64,000 nucleotides of DNA from Hyphomonadaceae bacterium. Lineage in GTDB: Bacteria; Pseudomonadota; Alphaproteobacteria; Caulobacterales; Maricaulaceae. The translations under genes were made by a program, and so were the position numbers. The DNA lies in the NCBI GenBank assembly GCA_013001295.1, contig JABDMW010000017.1:16788-80787 (forward strand). The letters are read 5' to 3'. This document shows positions 36,938 to 48,100 of the stretch, piece after piece (position 1 is the stretch's first letter; the number at the start of each line of letters is the position of its first letter). The notes beneath the pieces are model-generated. The model was not told the origin of the DNA. It searched no databases and saw only the letters and a list, made by a program, of their open reading frames with translations.

Positions 36938-38013
36938 GTGTCCGCAGTCCAAAGCAGGCTTGTATCGCCATAAGAATAGAACCGGTAATCATTTCCCACG
37001 GCATACTTATAGGCAGTTTTCATCGTTTCATAACCAGCCAAGGCGCAGACAAGCATAAATAACGTGGACTTTGGCAAATGAAAATTTGTCAAAAGCCCGT
37101 CAACGGTCCGGAAATGATAGCCGGGCGTTATAAATATTGACGTGTCGGCATTCTCCGCGCTGATAAGACCATTTTTATCTGCATTGCTTTCCAAAGCGCG
37201 CAGTGCTGTTGTGCCGACCGCAACAACGCGGCCACCTCGTTTGCGCGTTAAATTGATTTTGTCCGCGGCATCTTCAGATATTGAATACCATTCCGCATGC
37301 ATTTCATGATCATTGGTATCATCGTGTGAAATCGGCAAAAACGTTCCCGCCCCAACATGCAGCGTTAGCCGCGCAATTTCGATACCTTTTTTGGCGAGCT
37401 TATCAATAAGTTCAGGTGTAAAGTGTAAGCCGGCCGTCGGGGCTGCCACTGAGCCGTCGTCTTTCGCAAAAACCGTTTGATAATCTGAGTTGTCCCGCTC
37501 ATCGACCGCCCGTTGTCTGGCGATGTAGGGCGGCAGTGGCATCTCGCCTAACGTTTTAATGGATTGAACCAAATCATCACCTGACTGGTTAAACCGGAGC
37601 CCGACATCTCCGCCCGTCACTTTATCGTACACTTCTGCGCTTAATTCGGGAGAGAAATGGATCTCATCGCCGTCCCGCAATCGTTTGGCTGGACGAACGA
37701 ACGCGCGCCATTCATCCTGCGAAACGAATTTGTGCAGGTTGATCTGCACTTTGACGCCGCCACCGCCACCATGTGCTCGCGCGGGGCGTGTCGCGGATAG
37801 ACTGGCCCGTAAGACCTTGGTTTCATTGAGAACAAGTATGTCGCCCTCGCGCAACAAATCAGGTAAATCGCGGACGGTATGATCTGACAATCCTCCCTGA
37901 TCCACCAGCAAAAGCCGGGCACTGTCCCTGGGGACAGCAGGTCGTAGCGCAATACGCTCGTCTGGAAGATCGAAATTGAAAAGTTCAACGTCCACTGCTT
38001 GAATGTCCTTCAA
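36934..38013 (-). CDS. queA: S-adenosylmethionine:tRNA ribosyltransferase-isomerase
   Basis: FDLPDERIALRP, LPPYI, YQTVFA, VAAPTAGLHFT, VGTT..RALES, SYGD. Confidence 0.93.
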   Translation of the reverse strand: MKDIQAVDVELFNFDLPDERIALRPAVPRDSARLLLVDQGGLSDHTVRDLPDLLREGDILVLNETKVLRASLSATRPARAHGGGGGVKVQINLHKFVSQDEWRAFVRPAKRLRDGDEIHFSPELSAEVYDKVTGGDVGLRFNQSGDDLVQSIKTLGEMPLPPYIARQRAVDERDNSDYQTVFAKDDGSVAAPTAGLHFTPELIDKLAKKGIEIARLTLHVGAGTFLPISHDDTNDHEMHAEWYSISEDAADKINLTRKRGGRVVAVGTTALRALESNADKNGLISAENADTSIFITPGYHFRTVDGLLTNFHLPKSTLFMLVCALAGYETMKTAYKYAVGNDYRFYSYGDTSLLWTADT

Positions 38014-38061
38014 TAAAAAAGGGGCGCAATGCCCCTCATTCGTTAGAAAAGCGCCAAAAGT

Positions 38062-38505
38062 CTATGAAATAACGGCTTTCACGATTTTACCGGCGACAAT
38101 AGGCGGCTCGCCTTTTGGAATAGCGTCAACATGTTCCATACCACTTTCGACGACACCCCAGACGGAGTATTGGCGATCCAGGAATGTGGCGTCATCCAAA
38201 CAGATAAAAAATTGAGAACTGGCTGAGTTGGGGTTTTGCGATCGCGCCATGGAACAGACGCCGCGGACATGCGGTTCGTCAGAAAATTCGGCAGGAATAT
38301 TTTCAGAAGCACCGCCCATACCGGTTCCGTCCGGGCAGCCACCCTGGGCCATAAATCCGTCAATGACACGGTGAAATGTCAGGCCGTCGTAAAACCCGTT
38401 GTTCACGAGTTTACTGATTTGTTCGACATGCTTCGGGGCAAGATCTGGACGCAATTTGATGACAATATCTCCGCTATCAACGGTCATTGTGAGTGTATCA
38501 GACAT
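38062..38505 (-). CDS. ppiB: Peptidylprolyl isomerase, cyclophilin type (cytoplasmic)
   Basis: FHRVIDGFMAQGG, NSASSQFFI, VWG.V..G. Confidence 0.9.
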   Translation of the reverse strand: MSDTLTMTVDSGDIVIKLRPDLAPKHVEQISKLVNNGFYDGLTFHRVIDGFMAQGGCPDGTGMGGASENIPAEFSDEPHVRGVCSMARSQNPNSASSQFFICLDDATFLDRQYSVWGVVESGMEHVDAIPKGEPPIVAGKIVKAVIS

Positions 38506-38523
38506 TTAATTTCTTTCTATCTT

Positions 38524-39477
38524 CTATGGTTTCAGTCGTGTTGGCACTTTGATATCACACACTTTGGGATATGTGCCGTTTTCAAGTTTCAATGTATTCA
38601 AATACTTGTCAAAACTGCGCGAATCCGTTTTCAAAACCTGTACGGGAATTCGCTCTGCTTTCGGTAAATCTGCGGACACCCTAACAGTGATCATTTTGTC
38701 CGGCACAAAGCCTTCAACTTCGCCTCTGGTTCCAACTTTAATTTTTGTGAGTCCTTCATTTCCCCAAACTGTCATACCCCAAATCGTATATTGCTGATTT
38801 AGTGAAGGATATTCGGATCGCATCAGGAAAAACTGACTATTGGCACTGTTGACGTCGTGGCCGCCTCGAGCCATCGACGTTGTCCCGGAGCAATGCAATC
38901 CCCACGCATCGACTTTACCATCTTTCGTCAAAATCGCCTGTGATGCCGGTTTCGTCGCGACAGGGAAAGACTTGTAAAAACCTGTCCCCACTTCGCCTGC
39001 TCTGGACATTTCTTGTCCAACGAGCGCAATGGCCATTTCTGGCGCCCGGCGGAATGTAAATTCTGCTTTGATATCTGGAAGCGAAGAACTGCCGGTTCCA
39101 TCGCCGCGCGGATCGCCGGTTTGGTTCATAAATCCGTCGATGACACGGTGGAATGTAATGTCGTCATAGAATTTTTGCCTCGCGAGCGTCTTGATTTGCT
39201 CCACATGCAAAGGTGCAAATTCAGGCACCATTTCGACGACGAACGTGCCATAATCTGTTGTAATCTGGAGCGTATTTTCAGGGTCTATGTCGCGCCAATC
39301 GGCTTCGTTGGCACCTGCAAACACACTGGCTTTATCTTCTGCAGGCACCGCGGCTACAGCATTGGCCGCAGTGGTCTCGGCCTGAGTGGTCGCGCTTTCA
39401 GTTTTTACTTCCTGAGCGCAAGCGGTTGAAAATAAAAGGCTTGTTGTAAACAAAGTAGCCGTTAATCGAGTCATCAT
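38524..39477 (-). CDS. Peptidylprolyl isomerase, cyclophilin type, secreted, with C-terminal extension
   Basis: Signal peptide ...STACA|QE, FHRVIDGFMNQTGDP, NSANSQFFLM, plus about 80 extra C-terminal residues. Confidence 0.85.
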   Translation of the reverse strand: MMTRLTATLFTTSLLFSTACAQEVKTESATTQAETTAANAVAAVPAEDKASVFAGANEADWRDIDPENTLQITTDYGTFVVEMVPEFAPLHVEQIKTLARQKFYDDITFHRVIDGFMNQTGDPRGDGTGSSSLPDIKAEFTFRRAPEMAIALVGQEMSRAGEVGTGFYKSFPVATKPASQAILTKDGKVDAWGLHCSGTTSMARGGHDVNSANSQFFLMRSEYPSLNQQYTIWGMTVWGNEGLTKIKVGTRGEVEGFVPDKMITVRVSADLPKAERIPVQVLKTDSRSFDKYLNTLKLENGTYPKVCDIKVPTRLKP

Positions 39478-39962
39478 TTATACTTTTCCTCTAACCGTTT
39501 CTTCACGGACGGCGTGACGAATGCACTTACGTCGCCGCCCAATCGCGCAATTTCTTTCACCAGACGGGAAGCAATCGCTTGATTTTGAACATCTGACATT
39601 AAAAATACCGTCTCGATCTCCGGGTTCAGTTTTCGGTTCATACCGACCATCTGAAACTCGTATTCAAAATCTGAAACGGCTCTCAATCCACGGATTATCA
39701 CAGAAGCGCCAACAGATTCAACAAATTGCATCAGTAGCCCTTCAAACGGAACAACTTCGACTTCGCAGTCGCCGTCCATATCGGATAGAGCAAAAGTAAC
39801 CATTTCTGTTCGCTCTTCTAATGTGAAAAGCGGCTTTTTATCGCGGTTAATAGCAACGCCAATGACGAGCTTGTCACAAAGGCGTTTCGCGCGACGAATG
39901 ATGTCGAGATGGCCATTTGTCAGCGGATCAAATGTCCCAGGGTATAAGGCTGTTCTTTTCAT
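39474..39962 (-). CDS. coaD: Pantetheine-phosphate adenylyltransferase
   Basis: YPGTFDPLTNGHLDII and ISS..VKE-like SRLVKEI motifs. Confidence 0.93.
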   Translation of the reverse strand: MKRTALYPGTFDPLTNGHLDIIRRAKRLCDKLVIGVAINRDKKPLFTLEERTEMVTFALSDMDGDCEVEVVPFEGLLMQFVESVGASVIIRGLRAVSDFEYEFQMVGMNRKLNPEIETVFLMSDVQNQAIASRLVKEIARLGGDVSAFVTPSVKKRLEEKYK

Positions 39963-39980
39963 ACGTGCTTATAGGCGCAA

Positions 39981-42779
39981 TTAAGATTGCGTGTCACCCG
40001 TTATTGCAGTGTCATCACCCGCGTCGTTTTCATCGCCGTCATCTGTTTCTTCGATCCGTTCGACGGATACAACCCGCTCGGGGTCGGTGACGCGAATGAC
40101 AGTTACGCCTTTTGAGGAACGGCTGATTACGCTGATATTTCTGACAGGACAGCGGATCAATTGTCCCCCGTCAGTGACCAACATGATTTGGTCATCTTCT
40201 GTGATAGAGAACGAGCGAACCAGTTTGGCATCTTCGCCGTCCTTGCGTGACAAATCTTGTGCTGTGACGCCCTGCCCGCCGCGGTTCATACACCGGTAGT
40301 CGTAAGATGATGACCGTTTGCCCATTCCATCGTCAGCGATCGTAAGAACATATTGCTCATTGGCTTCCAACTCGACCTTTCGCTCCATCGAAAGCACGTT
40401 ATCTGCATCTTCATTATCATCGCCAGGCGTGTCGTCACCAAGCGCACGGCGTTTGGCGTTGGCGTACTTAATATACGCACGAGCTTCGTCGGTTGTGACA
40501 TCCATATGCCGCAACACGGCCATGCTAATGACTTCATCGCCGTCCGCGAGTTTGATTCCGCGCACGCCACTGGATGTTCGGCCTACAAACCGGCGAATAT
40601 CTGTCGATTGGAAACGAATCGCTTTGCCATTTGCCGTCGTCAGAAGAATATCATCGTCTTCCGTACACAACCGAACATCTACAATGCCGTCGCCTTCATC
40701 CGGTTTCATGGCGATTTTACCGCCCCGGTTGACGCGTGTGAAGTCGGCAAGAGAATTTCGACGCACACCGCCGGAGCGGGCCGCAAACATGATATCGAGA
40801 TCTTTCCAGCCTTCTTCGTCAACTGGCAGCGCCATAATAGAGCCGATTTTTTCGCCCTCATCGAGCGGCAAAATGTTGACCAAAGCCTTACCACGGGTAT
40901 TTGGACCCCCTATCGGGAGCTTCCAAACCTTGAGCTTATAGGCCATGCCGGTCGAAGAGAAAAACAGGACAGGTGTGTGGGTAGACGCCACAAAAACCGT
41001 CGTGACGTAATCCTCGTCCTTCATCGCCATTCCGGATCGACCTTTACCGCCTCGGCGTTGTGTCCGGTAAGTATCGAGCGCAGTTCGTTTGATGTAACCG
41101 CCGGACGTTACCGTTACGACCATATCTTCTTCGACGATTAAATCTTCGTCTTCAAAATCGATTCCGCCCTCGACAAATTCACTACGCCGCGGTGTAGCGA
41201 ACTGCTCTCTAATCTCAGTCAACTCGTCTTTGATGATTGATTGAACTCTGGCCCGGGATCTTAAAATTGCAAGTAAATCAGTGATTTGCGCCGCTAACTT
41301 CTCAGCTTCACTGGTAATTTCTTCCATTCCGAGACCAGTTAATTTCAACAGTCTCAATTCCAAGATCGCCTTAGCCTGTTCTTCCGTGAGCTGAATATTA
41401 CCATCGTCAAGCAAGATGGAACGCGGGTCCGCAATCAACGTGATCAATGACCCCATTTCTTTGGCCGGCCATGTTCGAGCCAGCAAATTGGCACGCGCCT
41501 CTTTCGGGTTGGCTGATCCTCGGATGATTGCGATAATTTCGTCAATATTAGAAACGGCCGTAGCCAAACCGACAAGGATATGGGCACGGGCTCTCGCCTT
41601 CGCCAGATCAAATTTTGACCGCCGGGCAATGACCTCCTCACGAAAACCGAGAAATGCCGATAGCATTTGCCGTAAATTCATCTGCTCCGGCTTGCCACCA
41701 TTCAAAGCCAACATATTACTGGAGAAATTGGTTTGGAGTTGCGAGAAACGGAACAGTTGATTGAGGACAACCTCCGCTACGGCGTCTCTCTTCAGCGCGA
41801 TTACAATTCGCATGCCGTCGCGGTCACTTTCATCCCTTAGATCCGAAATGCCTTCAACACGCTTATCGCGGACCAACTCAGCGATTTTCTTAATCAAAAC
41901 AGACTTATTCACCTGATAGGGAATTTCCGTAACAATAATCGCTGATCGGTCTTTTCCTGTTTCTTCAATATGGGTGCGCGCCCGCATGATGACCGAACCG
42001 CGGCCTGTCAACAATCCTGACCTGGCACCCGAATGTCCCATGATCAAACCACCTGTTGGGAAATCCGGTCCGGGTACGATTTCCAGCAGTTCTTCGTCCG
42101 TTACATTGGCGTTATCGAGCATGGCGAAAGTGGCGTCAATAATTTCGCCCAGATTGTGCGGCGCAATATTCGTTGCCATGCCAACGGCAATACCACCGGC
42201 CCCATTGACCAACAAGTTGGGATAGCGAGCCGGCAGCACAATCGGCTCGCTTTCCGAGCTATCGTAATTATCTTGAAAATTTACAGTATTCTTCTCGATA
42301 TCAGCCAGCAATGCCGCGGCTGGTTTGTCCATGCGAACTTCCGTATACCGCATCGCGGCTGGCCGATCGCCATCAACAGAACCGAAATTGCCTTGCCCAT
42401 CAAGCAAGGGCAATCGCATTGAAAAGTCCTGCGCAAGGCGCACTAGAGCGTCATACACTGCGCTATCCCCATGAGGATGGTATTTACCAATCACGTCACC
42501 AACAACGCGCGCAGACTTCTTATAGGCTTTTTCGCGGGTGAAGCCGTTTTCGTGCATCGAATACAGAATCCGGCGATGAACCGGCTTGAGGCCGTCCCTG
42601 ACGTCCGGAATCGCCCGGCTTACGATCACGCTCATCGCGTAATCGAGATAAGATCGGCTCATCTCCTCTTCGATATCGATAGGGGCGATACCATTATCAT
42701 CCTGCGGAGAAAGCGGCGTATTATCATCTACCGGTGGCGGCGGGTCGCCATCTTCTGGAATGTCGTTTTCGTCGCTCAA
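39981..42779 (-). CDS. gyrA: DNA gyrase subunit A
   Basis: SYLDYAMSVIVSRAIPDVRDGLKPVHRR, active-site AAMRYTE, a beta-pinwheel CTD and an acidic tail. I favour the TTG at 42779 (SD AGGA 5 nt upstream) over the track start at 42824. Start is uncertain. Confidence 0.93.
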   Translation of the reverse strand: MSDENDIPEDGDPPPPVDDNTPLSPQDDNGIAPIDIEEEMSRSYLDYAMSVIVSRAIPDVRDGLKPVHRRILYSMHENGFTREKAYKKSARVVGDVIGKYHPHGDSAVYDALVRLAQDFSMRLPLLDGQGNFGSVDGDRPAAMRYTEVRMDKPAAALLADIEKNTVNFQDNYDSSESEPIVLPARYPNLLVNGAGGIAVGMATNIAPHNLGEIIDATFAMLDNANVTDEELLEIVPGPDFPTGGLIMGHSGARSGLLTGRGSVIMRARTHIEETGKDRSAIIVTEIPYQVNKSVLIKKIAELVRDKRVEGISDLRDESDRDGMRIVIALKRDAVAEVVLNQLFRFSQLQTNFSSNMLALNGGKPEQMNLRQMLSAFLGFREEVIARRSKFDLAKARARAHILVGLATAVSNIDEIIAIIRGSANPKEARANLLARTWPAKEMGSLITLIADPRSILLDDGNIQLTEEQAKAILELRLLKLTGLGMEEITSEAEKLAAQITDLLAILRSRARVQSIIKDELTEIREQFATPRRSEFVEGGIDFEDEDLIVEEDMVVTVTSGGYIKRTALDTYRTQRRGGKGRSGMAMKDEDYVTTVFVASTHTPVLFFSSTGMAYKLKVWKLPIGGPNTRGKALVNILPLDEGEKIGSIMALPVDEEGWKDLDIMFAARSGGVRRNSLADFTRVNRGGKIAMKPDEGDGIVDVRLCTEDDDILLTTANGKAIRFQSTDIRRFVGRTSSGVRGIKLADGDEVISMAVLRHMDVTTDEARAYIKYANAKRRALGDDTPGDDNEDADNVLSMERKVELEANEQYVLTIADDGMGKRSSSYDYRCMNRGGQGVTAQDLSRKDGEDAKLVRSFSITEDDQIMLVTDGGQLIRCPVRNISVISRSSKGVTVIRVTDPERVVSVERIEETDDGDENDAGDDTAITGDTQS

Positions 42780-42950
42780 ACTATCCTGCCAAACTATAAA
42801 AAAAAGTCGCGCCGAATCGCGCAAACCAGACCCTCGATTTATAGCAGTTTAGACCCGAAACAGCAATCAAATGCACCTAATAAATAAGCACGTTTTACTG
42901 AAGAAAAATATCGATGAGACCAGTACGAAATTAGACCAAATTTGTGTTTG

Positions 42951-44300
42951 TTACGCTACGTTTTGCGCTCGTCTATTTTCCGGATCCGTGACTTCAAGAA
43001 TTGCGGAAATTAACTCTCCTCGCTTCAAGGGCTTTGCCAAAAATGCGTCGAAACCAATAGCGAAACATCGTTTTCGGTCTTCGTCCATCGCGTTGGCTGT
43101 CATCGCAACAATCGGAACGTTTGAATAATGTTTAGCAGAATTCCTGATCATGCGTACAGCATCATTTCCGCCTAATATCGGCATCTGCAAGTCCATCAAT
43201 ACGATATCGAAAAATTGGGCATCAAGAGCTTGAATAGCGTCTTGCCCATTGACAGTCTCGACAATAGTCAACTCAAACGGCTCTAACAACAACCGCAAGA
43301 CTTCAGTATTCACGGGATTGTCTTCGACGATTAAACACCGCATTCCCTTAAGCTGGCTGGCATCGGGTATTGGCGTGTCATCTTCCTCGACGACTTGCAA
43401 ACTATCGCTGAGTCCAAGCGAAGCATTAGCGATAAAATTCATCCTGAAAATTGTCCCGGAGCCGACTTTACTGCGAACCAGGACATCTCCCCCCATTAGC
43501 TCGCATAAATTCTTGGTAATGGCCAATCCAAGTCCAGTTCCGCCAAACTTTCGAGCCGTATTGGCCTCCACTTGTGTGAATGGATTAAATAATTTTACCA
43601 GATTTTCCGGTTTGATACCTAGGCCTGTATCTTGGACGGATATTGAAACATCGTATTCCCCGTCTCTTTCTTCGGCTTTCACCTTTATAATGATACGTCC
43701 GCCGCCCGGCGTAAATTTGATCGCATTATTGATAAGATTATCCATACATTGCCGAATTCTCATAGGATCCGAGATCAGGTGTTGCGGCATACCTTTTTGC
43801 TTTTGAAACAATAACTTAACTTTCTTTTTTGATGCGATCGGATGCCAGAACTCATATGTTTGCCGCATCATGGAATGCAAATCGATCTCGACGCTCTCAA
43901 TGTCTATCGATCCTGCTTCAATTTTTGAAATATCGAGTATATCATTAAGTAGACTTAACAGCGTCTCGCTACTGCCATTAATGAGATCGATTTTGCGTTG
44001 TTGTCCTTGTGTAAGGTGTTCGCTCGCCAGAATATCAGTCAGTCCCAAAATGCCGTTGAGTGGCGTCCGCAATTCATGGCTCATATTGGCAAGAAACACA
44101 GATTTAGCTATATTCGCGCTTTCTGCGTCGGCGCGCGCATTCAGCGCAACTGCGATATCGGTCTCGAGTTCATCAATTTTATGGGTTAATTCAGCGTGCG
44201 CTTTTTTCTGCGCGATCTTCCGACCCGCAAAATACGAGGCAAATGCAGCGGCAAACAGAATAACGACGCAGGTCAAAACGATTACCAGCGCGCTATTCAC
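42951..44300 (-). CDS. Hybrid sensor histidine kinase / response regulator
   Basis: One TM helix, H-box SHELRTPLN, N/G boxes (NLINNAIKFT, DTGLGI, GGTGLGL) and a C-terminal REC domain (LIVEDN...DLQMP...K). Confidence 0.85.
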   Translation of the reverse strand: MNSALVIVLTCVVILFAAAFASYFAGRKIAQKKAHAELTHKIDELETDIAVALNARADAESANIAKSVFLANMSHELRTPLNGILGLTDILASEHLTQGQQRKIDLINGSSETLLSLLNDILDISKIEAGSIDIESVEIDLHSMMRQTYEFWHPIASKKKVKLLFQKQKGMPQHLISDPMRIRQCMDNLINNAIKFTPGGGRIIIKVKAEERDGEYDVSISVQDTGLGIKPENLVKLFNPFTQVEANTARKFGGTGLGLAITKNLCELMGGDVLVRSKVGSGTIFRMNFIANASLGLSDSLQVVEEDDTPIPDASQLKGMRCLIVEDNPVNTEVLRLLLEPFELTIVETVNGQDAIQALDAQFFDIVLMDLQMPILGGNDAVRMIRNSAKHYSNVPIVAMTANAMDEDRKRCFAIGFDAFLAKPLKRGELISAILEVTDPENRRAQNVA

Positions 44301-44521
44301 TTCGATGCCCCTACTGTGAGCATTTCACTACATTTTTCCACAGCACCCCTACTCGACTCAAAGTCGATAATTTCCACATTACGGGAAAGGTAGTGACAGC
44401 TCGTAAAGAAAACCTAAAAATTTGGTCGATTTAATCTTGCTACAATAATTTGTACAAGGCACGAACACATTTTCTTTATCATCGTCGCGCCTCACTTACA
44501 CCGTTGAAGCGTTTTTCCGCG

Positions 44522-45010
44522 CTAGAACGGTATGTCGTCGTCCAGATCAAAGTCTTGTGCTGGGCCCTCTTGGGCCGATGCAGAATGTGAACCACCACCT
44601 TGGTTGTTACCGTATCCGCCCTGGTCTTGGTTATAACCACCACCGCCTTGGCCGCCGCCACGGCTATCCAGCATAGCGAGCTCCCCACGGTAACGTTGCA
44701 AGACAATCTCGGTGGTATATTTATCATTGCCGTCCCGGTCTTGCCATTTCCGCGTTTGCAATGATCCCTCAAGATAGACCTTCGATCCTTTTTTCAAATA
44801 GTTCTCGCAAACGCGCACTAGATGTTCATTGAAGATCACAACCCGGTGCCATTCAGTTTTTTCGCGACGTTCGCCGGACTGTTTATCCTTCCAAGACTCA
44901 GACGTCGCAATTGAGAGGTTGCAAACCTTGTCCCCACTATTCAGAGAACGGATCTCAGGGTCCGCGCCAAGGTTACCTACGAGAATTACTTTATTGATTG
45001 AGCCAGCCAT
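44522..45010 (-). CDS. ssb: Single-stranded DNA-binding protein
   Basis: OB-fold start [14 protein letters not shown], a Gly/Gln-rich linker and the C-terminal DDDIPF tip. Confidence 0.95.
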   Translation of the reverse strand: MAGSINKVILVGNLGADPEIRSLNSGDKVCNLSIATSESWKDKQSGERREKTEWHRVVIFNEHLVRVCENYLKKGSKVYLEGSLQTRKWQDRDGNDKYTTEIVLQRYRGELAMLDSRGGGQGGGGYNQDQGGYGNNQGGGSHSASAQEGPAQDFDLDDDIPF

Positions 45011-45029
45011 ATATTCACCTTACCGATAA

Positions 45030-45044
45030 TGTTCTTGTATTGTT
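45030..45044. promoter_or_regulatory. Alphaproteobacterial LexA operator (SOS box) GTTC-N7-GTTC in the divergent ssb/uvrA intergenic region
   Basis: Exact GTTCttgtattGTTC, 20 nt upstream of the ssb start codon and about 165 nt upstream of the uvrA ATG. Confidence 0.7.
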
Positions 45045-45210
45045 CTACTTTTTCTTTTACGAGTCAATGTAAAGATTCGACCGCAGTTTTGGATGAAAAA
45101 CCAGCCCCTGTCTACGTTGATTATCGACAAATATTTTCCGCTGGTTTCTTTCCAAAAATTTGTGGTATGTGTCGCGGCCTGTCCTACAAACCAGTGAGAA
45201 ATTGCCCGGA

Positions 45211-48051
45211 ATGTCAAGTTTAACCAAGATCAAAGTCCGTGGTGCCCGTGAGCACAATCTCAAAAGCGTCAATGTTGATTTGCCGCGCGACAAGCTGATT
45301 GTCATCACCGGCCTTTCCGGATCAGGGAAATCCTCTTTGGCATTTGATACAATCTATGCAGAAGGTCAGCGCCGCTATGTCGAAAGCCTGTCCGCCTACG
45401 CACGGCAATTCCTGGAGCTTCAGCAAAAACCGGATGTAGACTCGATCGAAGGTCTGTCTCCCGCCATTTCCATTGAACAGAAAACAACGTCGCGAAATCC
45501 GCGTTCAACTGTTGGAACTGTCACCGAAATTTATGACTATATGCGTCTGCTTTGGGCTCGGGTCGGTGTGCCCTATTCGCCAGCAACGGGTCTTCCTATT
45601 GAAAGCCAATCGGTCAGCCAGATGGTTGACCGGGTCATGGAAATGGACGAAGGCACAAAGCTTTACATTCTGGCACCTATCGTTCGCGGCCGCAAAGGCG
45701 AATACCGCAAGGAGTTCGCCGATCTGATGAAACAAGGTTTTCAACGCGCCAAAATCGACGGGGAATTTGTCCGGATTGAAGACGCACCGGTGCTTGATAA
45801 GAAATTCAAGCATGACATCGATGTTGTTGTCGACCGCGTCGTTGTGCGGGATGGGCTGGAAACACGCCTCGCAGATAGTTTTGAGACGGCATTGCGATTA
45901 GCTGACGGACTGGCAGTTTCTGAAAATGCAGACAATGAAGAACGCGTCTTATTCTCTGAGCGGTTTGCTTGTCCGGTTTCGGGGTTTTCTATTCCGGAAA
46001 TCGAACCGCGTCTGTTCTCGTTCAACAACCCGCACGGGGCCTGTCCGCAATGTGATGGATTGGGACAGGAACTGAAATTTGACCCTAATCTTGTTGTTCC
46101 GGAGATCAATCAAACACTTGCTTCCGGGGCAATTGCGCCATGGTCGAAAAACCCAAGCCGTCTTTACCGGCAAACCCTTGAGGCTATTGCCAATCATTAC
46201 AATTTTGACCTCAATACGCCGTGGAAAGACTTGCACGAGAACCACCAGAATATTGTTCTTTTCGGCACCGACGGTGAAATGATTAAATTCGTCTACTCTG
46301 ATGACGGCCGTAAATACGAAACCACGAAACCTTTTGAGGGCGTCATCCCCAATTTAACCCGCCGGTTCCGCGACACGGAAAGCAGTTGGGCGAGAGACTT
46401 TTTGGCTAAATTTCAATCCAGCGCATCGTGTGAAACCTGTGGCGGTAAGCGACTTCGTCCTGAAACTCTGGCCGTAAAAATCATGGGCATGGACATCACC
46501 GAAACCGGTGATATGTCGATCCGGCAAGCTCAGGAACGGTTTGAAAAACTCACGACCGAATTATCAGCTAAAGATATGGAAATCGCGGAACGGATTTTGA
46601 AAGAAATTCATGACCGGCTGTCGTTCTTGAATGCTGTGGGACTGGATTATTTGACATTAGGACGTGGATCCGGATCTCTATCTGGCGGGGAAAGTCAACG
46701 CATTCGCTTGGCCTCACAGATTGGGTCCGGTCTAACCGGCGTGCTGTACGTCTTGGACGAACCCAGCATTGGCTTACATCAACGTGACAATGCCCGCCTG
46801 CTCGAAACCCTGCAAAACTTGCGTGATCTCGGAAATACGGTCCTGGTTGTCGAACACGATGAAGATGCCATACTTACTGCGGATTATGTCGTCGATATGG
46901 GTCCGCTTGCCGGGATCAATGGTGGAGAAGTCATCGCGTCCGGCACACCCGCCGCGATCAAGAAAAGCAGGAAATCCCTGACCGGACAGTATTTGACCGG
47001 CAAGAAAACAATTGATCCCCCTGCTTTACGACGGGAAGCGAAAGATCATCGTATATTGAAAATAAAAGGGGCTTCAGGGAATAATTTGAAAGGAATCGAC
47101 GTTGAATTTCCTTTGGGCTTGTTCATCTGTGTCACCGGTGTTTCGGGTGGCGGTAAGTCAACCCTGACCATTGAAACGCTTTACAAAGCAGCAGCGCGCA
47201 AGCTCAACAATTCCAACATCACACCCATGCCGCATGCTTCAATTGAAGGGTTTGAGCATCTGGATAAAGTGATAGATATCGACCAATCCCCGATTGGGCG
47301 GACGCCACGCTCCAACCCCGCCACTTATACAGGGGCCTTCACCCCGATCCGGGAATGGTTTGCCGGTCTGCCGGAAGCCAAGACCCGGGGCTATAAACCG
47401 GGCCGTTTTAGTTTCAACGTCAAAGGTGGGCGTTGTGAAGCCTGCCAGGGCGGCGGTGTTATCAAGATTGAAATGCACTTCCTTCCAGACGTTTATGTCG
47501 AATGCGATACTTGTAAAGGCAAACGCTATAACCGGGAAACGCTTGAGATTAGATTTAAAGGTAAATCGATCTCAGATATTCTATTCATGAGCATTGATGA
47601 GGCGGCGGATTTTTTTAAAGCTGTGCCGTCAATTCGAGATAAAATGGTGACTTTGCAAAGGGTTGGTCTTGGTTATCTGCAAGTGGGTCAGCAGGCGACG
47701 ACCTTATCTGGAGGCGAGGCTCAACGGGTGAAACTGGCGAAAGAATTGGCCAAACGCGCAACCGGACGCACGCTCTATATCCTGGATGAACCAACGACTG
47801 GCCTGCATTTCGAGGACGTCAATAAACTCCTGGGCGTATTGCAGGAACTCGTCGAAGGCGGCAATACGATGATTGTCATTGAACATAATCTCGACGTGAT
47901 CAAGACAGCGGATTGGATTGTCGACTTAGGCCCTGAAGGTGGCGACGGGGGCGGCGAGATTGTTGCGGTCGGAACACCCGAAGACATTGCCAAGGTCAAA
48001 AAAAGCTGGACGGGGAAATATCTCGGCCCGGCATTGAAAAAGCATAAATAG
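45211..48051 (+). CDS. uvrA: Excinuclease ABC subunit A
   Basis: Start [18 protein letters not shown]. Two ABC ATPase modules ([18 protein letters not shown]; LSGGE signatures) and zinc-finger Cys clusters. Confidence 0.95.
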   Translation: MSSLTKIKVRGAREHNLKSVNVDLPRDKLIVITGLSGSGKSSLAFDTIYAEGQRRYVESLSAYARQFLELQQKPDVDSIEGLSPAISIEQKTTSRNPRSTVGTVTEIYDYMRLLWARVGVPYSPATGLPIESQSVSQMVDRVMEMDEGTKLYILAPIVRGRKGEYRKEFADLMKQGFQRAKIDGEFVRIEDAPVLDKKFKHDIDVVVDRVVVRDGLETRLADSFETALRLADGLAVSENADNEERVLFSERFACPVSGFSIPEIEPRLFSFNNPHGACPQCDGLGQELKFDPNLVVPEINQTLASGAIAPWSKNPSRLYRQTLEAIANHYNFDLNTPWKDLHENHQNIVLFGTDGEMIKFVYSDDGRKYETTKPFEGVIPNLTRRFRDTESSWARDFLAKFQSSASCETCGGKRLRPETLAVKIMGMDITETGDMSIRQAQERFEKLTTELSAKDMEIAERILKEIHDRLSFLNAVGLDYLTLGRGSGSLSGGESQRIRLASQIGSGLTGVLYVLDEPSIGLHQRDNARLLETLQNLRDLGNTVLVVEHDEDAILTADYVVDMGPLAGINGGEVIASGTPAAIKKSRKSLTGQYLTGKKTIDPPALRREAKDHRILKIKGASGNNLKGIDVEFPLGLFICVTGVSGGGKSTLTIETLYKAAARKLNNSNITPMPHASIEGFEHLDKVIDIDQSPIGRTPRSNPATYTGAFTPIREWFAGLPEAKTRGYKPGRFSFNVKGGRCEACQGGGVIKIEMHFLPDVYVECDTCKGKRYNRETLEIRFKGKSISDILFMSIDEAADFFKAVPSIRDKMVTLQRVGLGYLQVGQQATTLSGGEAQRVKLAKELAKRATGRTLYILDEPTTGLHFEDVNKLLGVLQELVEGGNTMIVIEHNLDVIKTADWIVDLGPEGGDGGGEIVAVGTPEDIAKVKKSWTGKYLGPALKKHK

Positions 48052-48100
48052 CAGCAATTTTATCTTTGCAAAGCATCCGCGCGAGTCTAAAGACCCGCTC

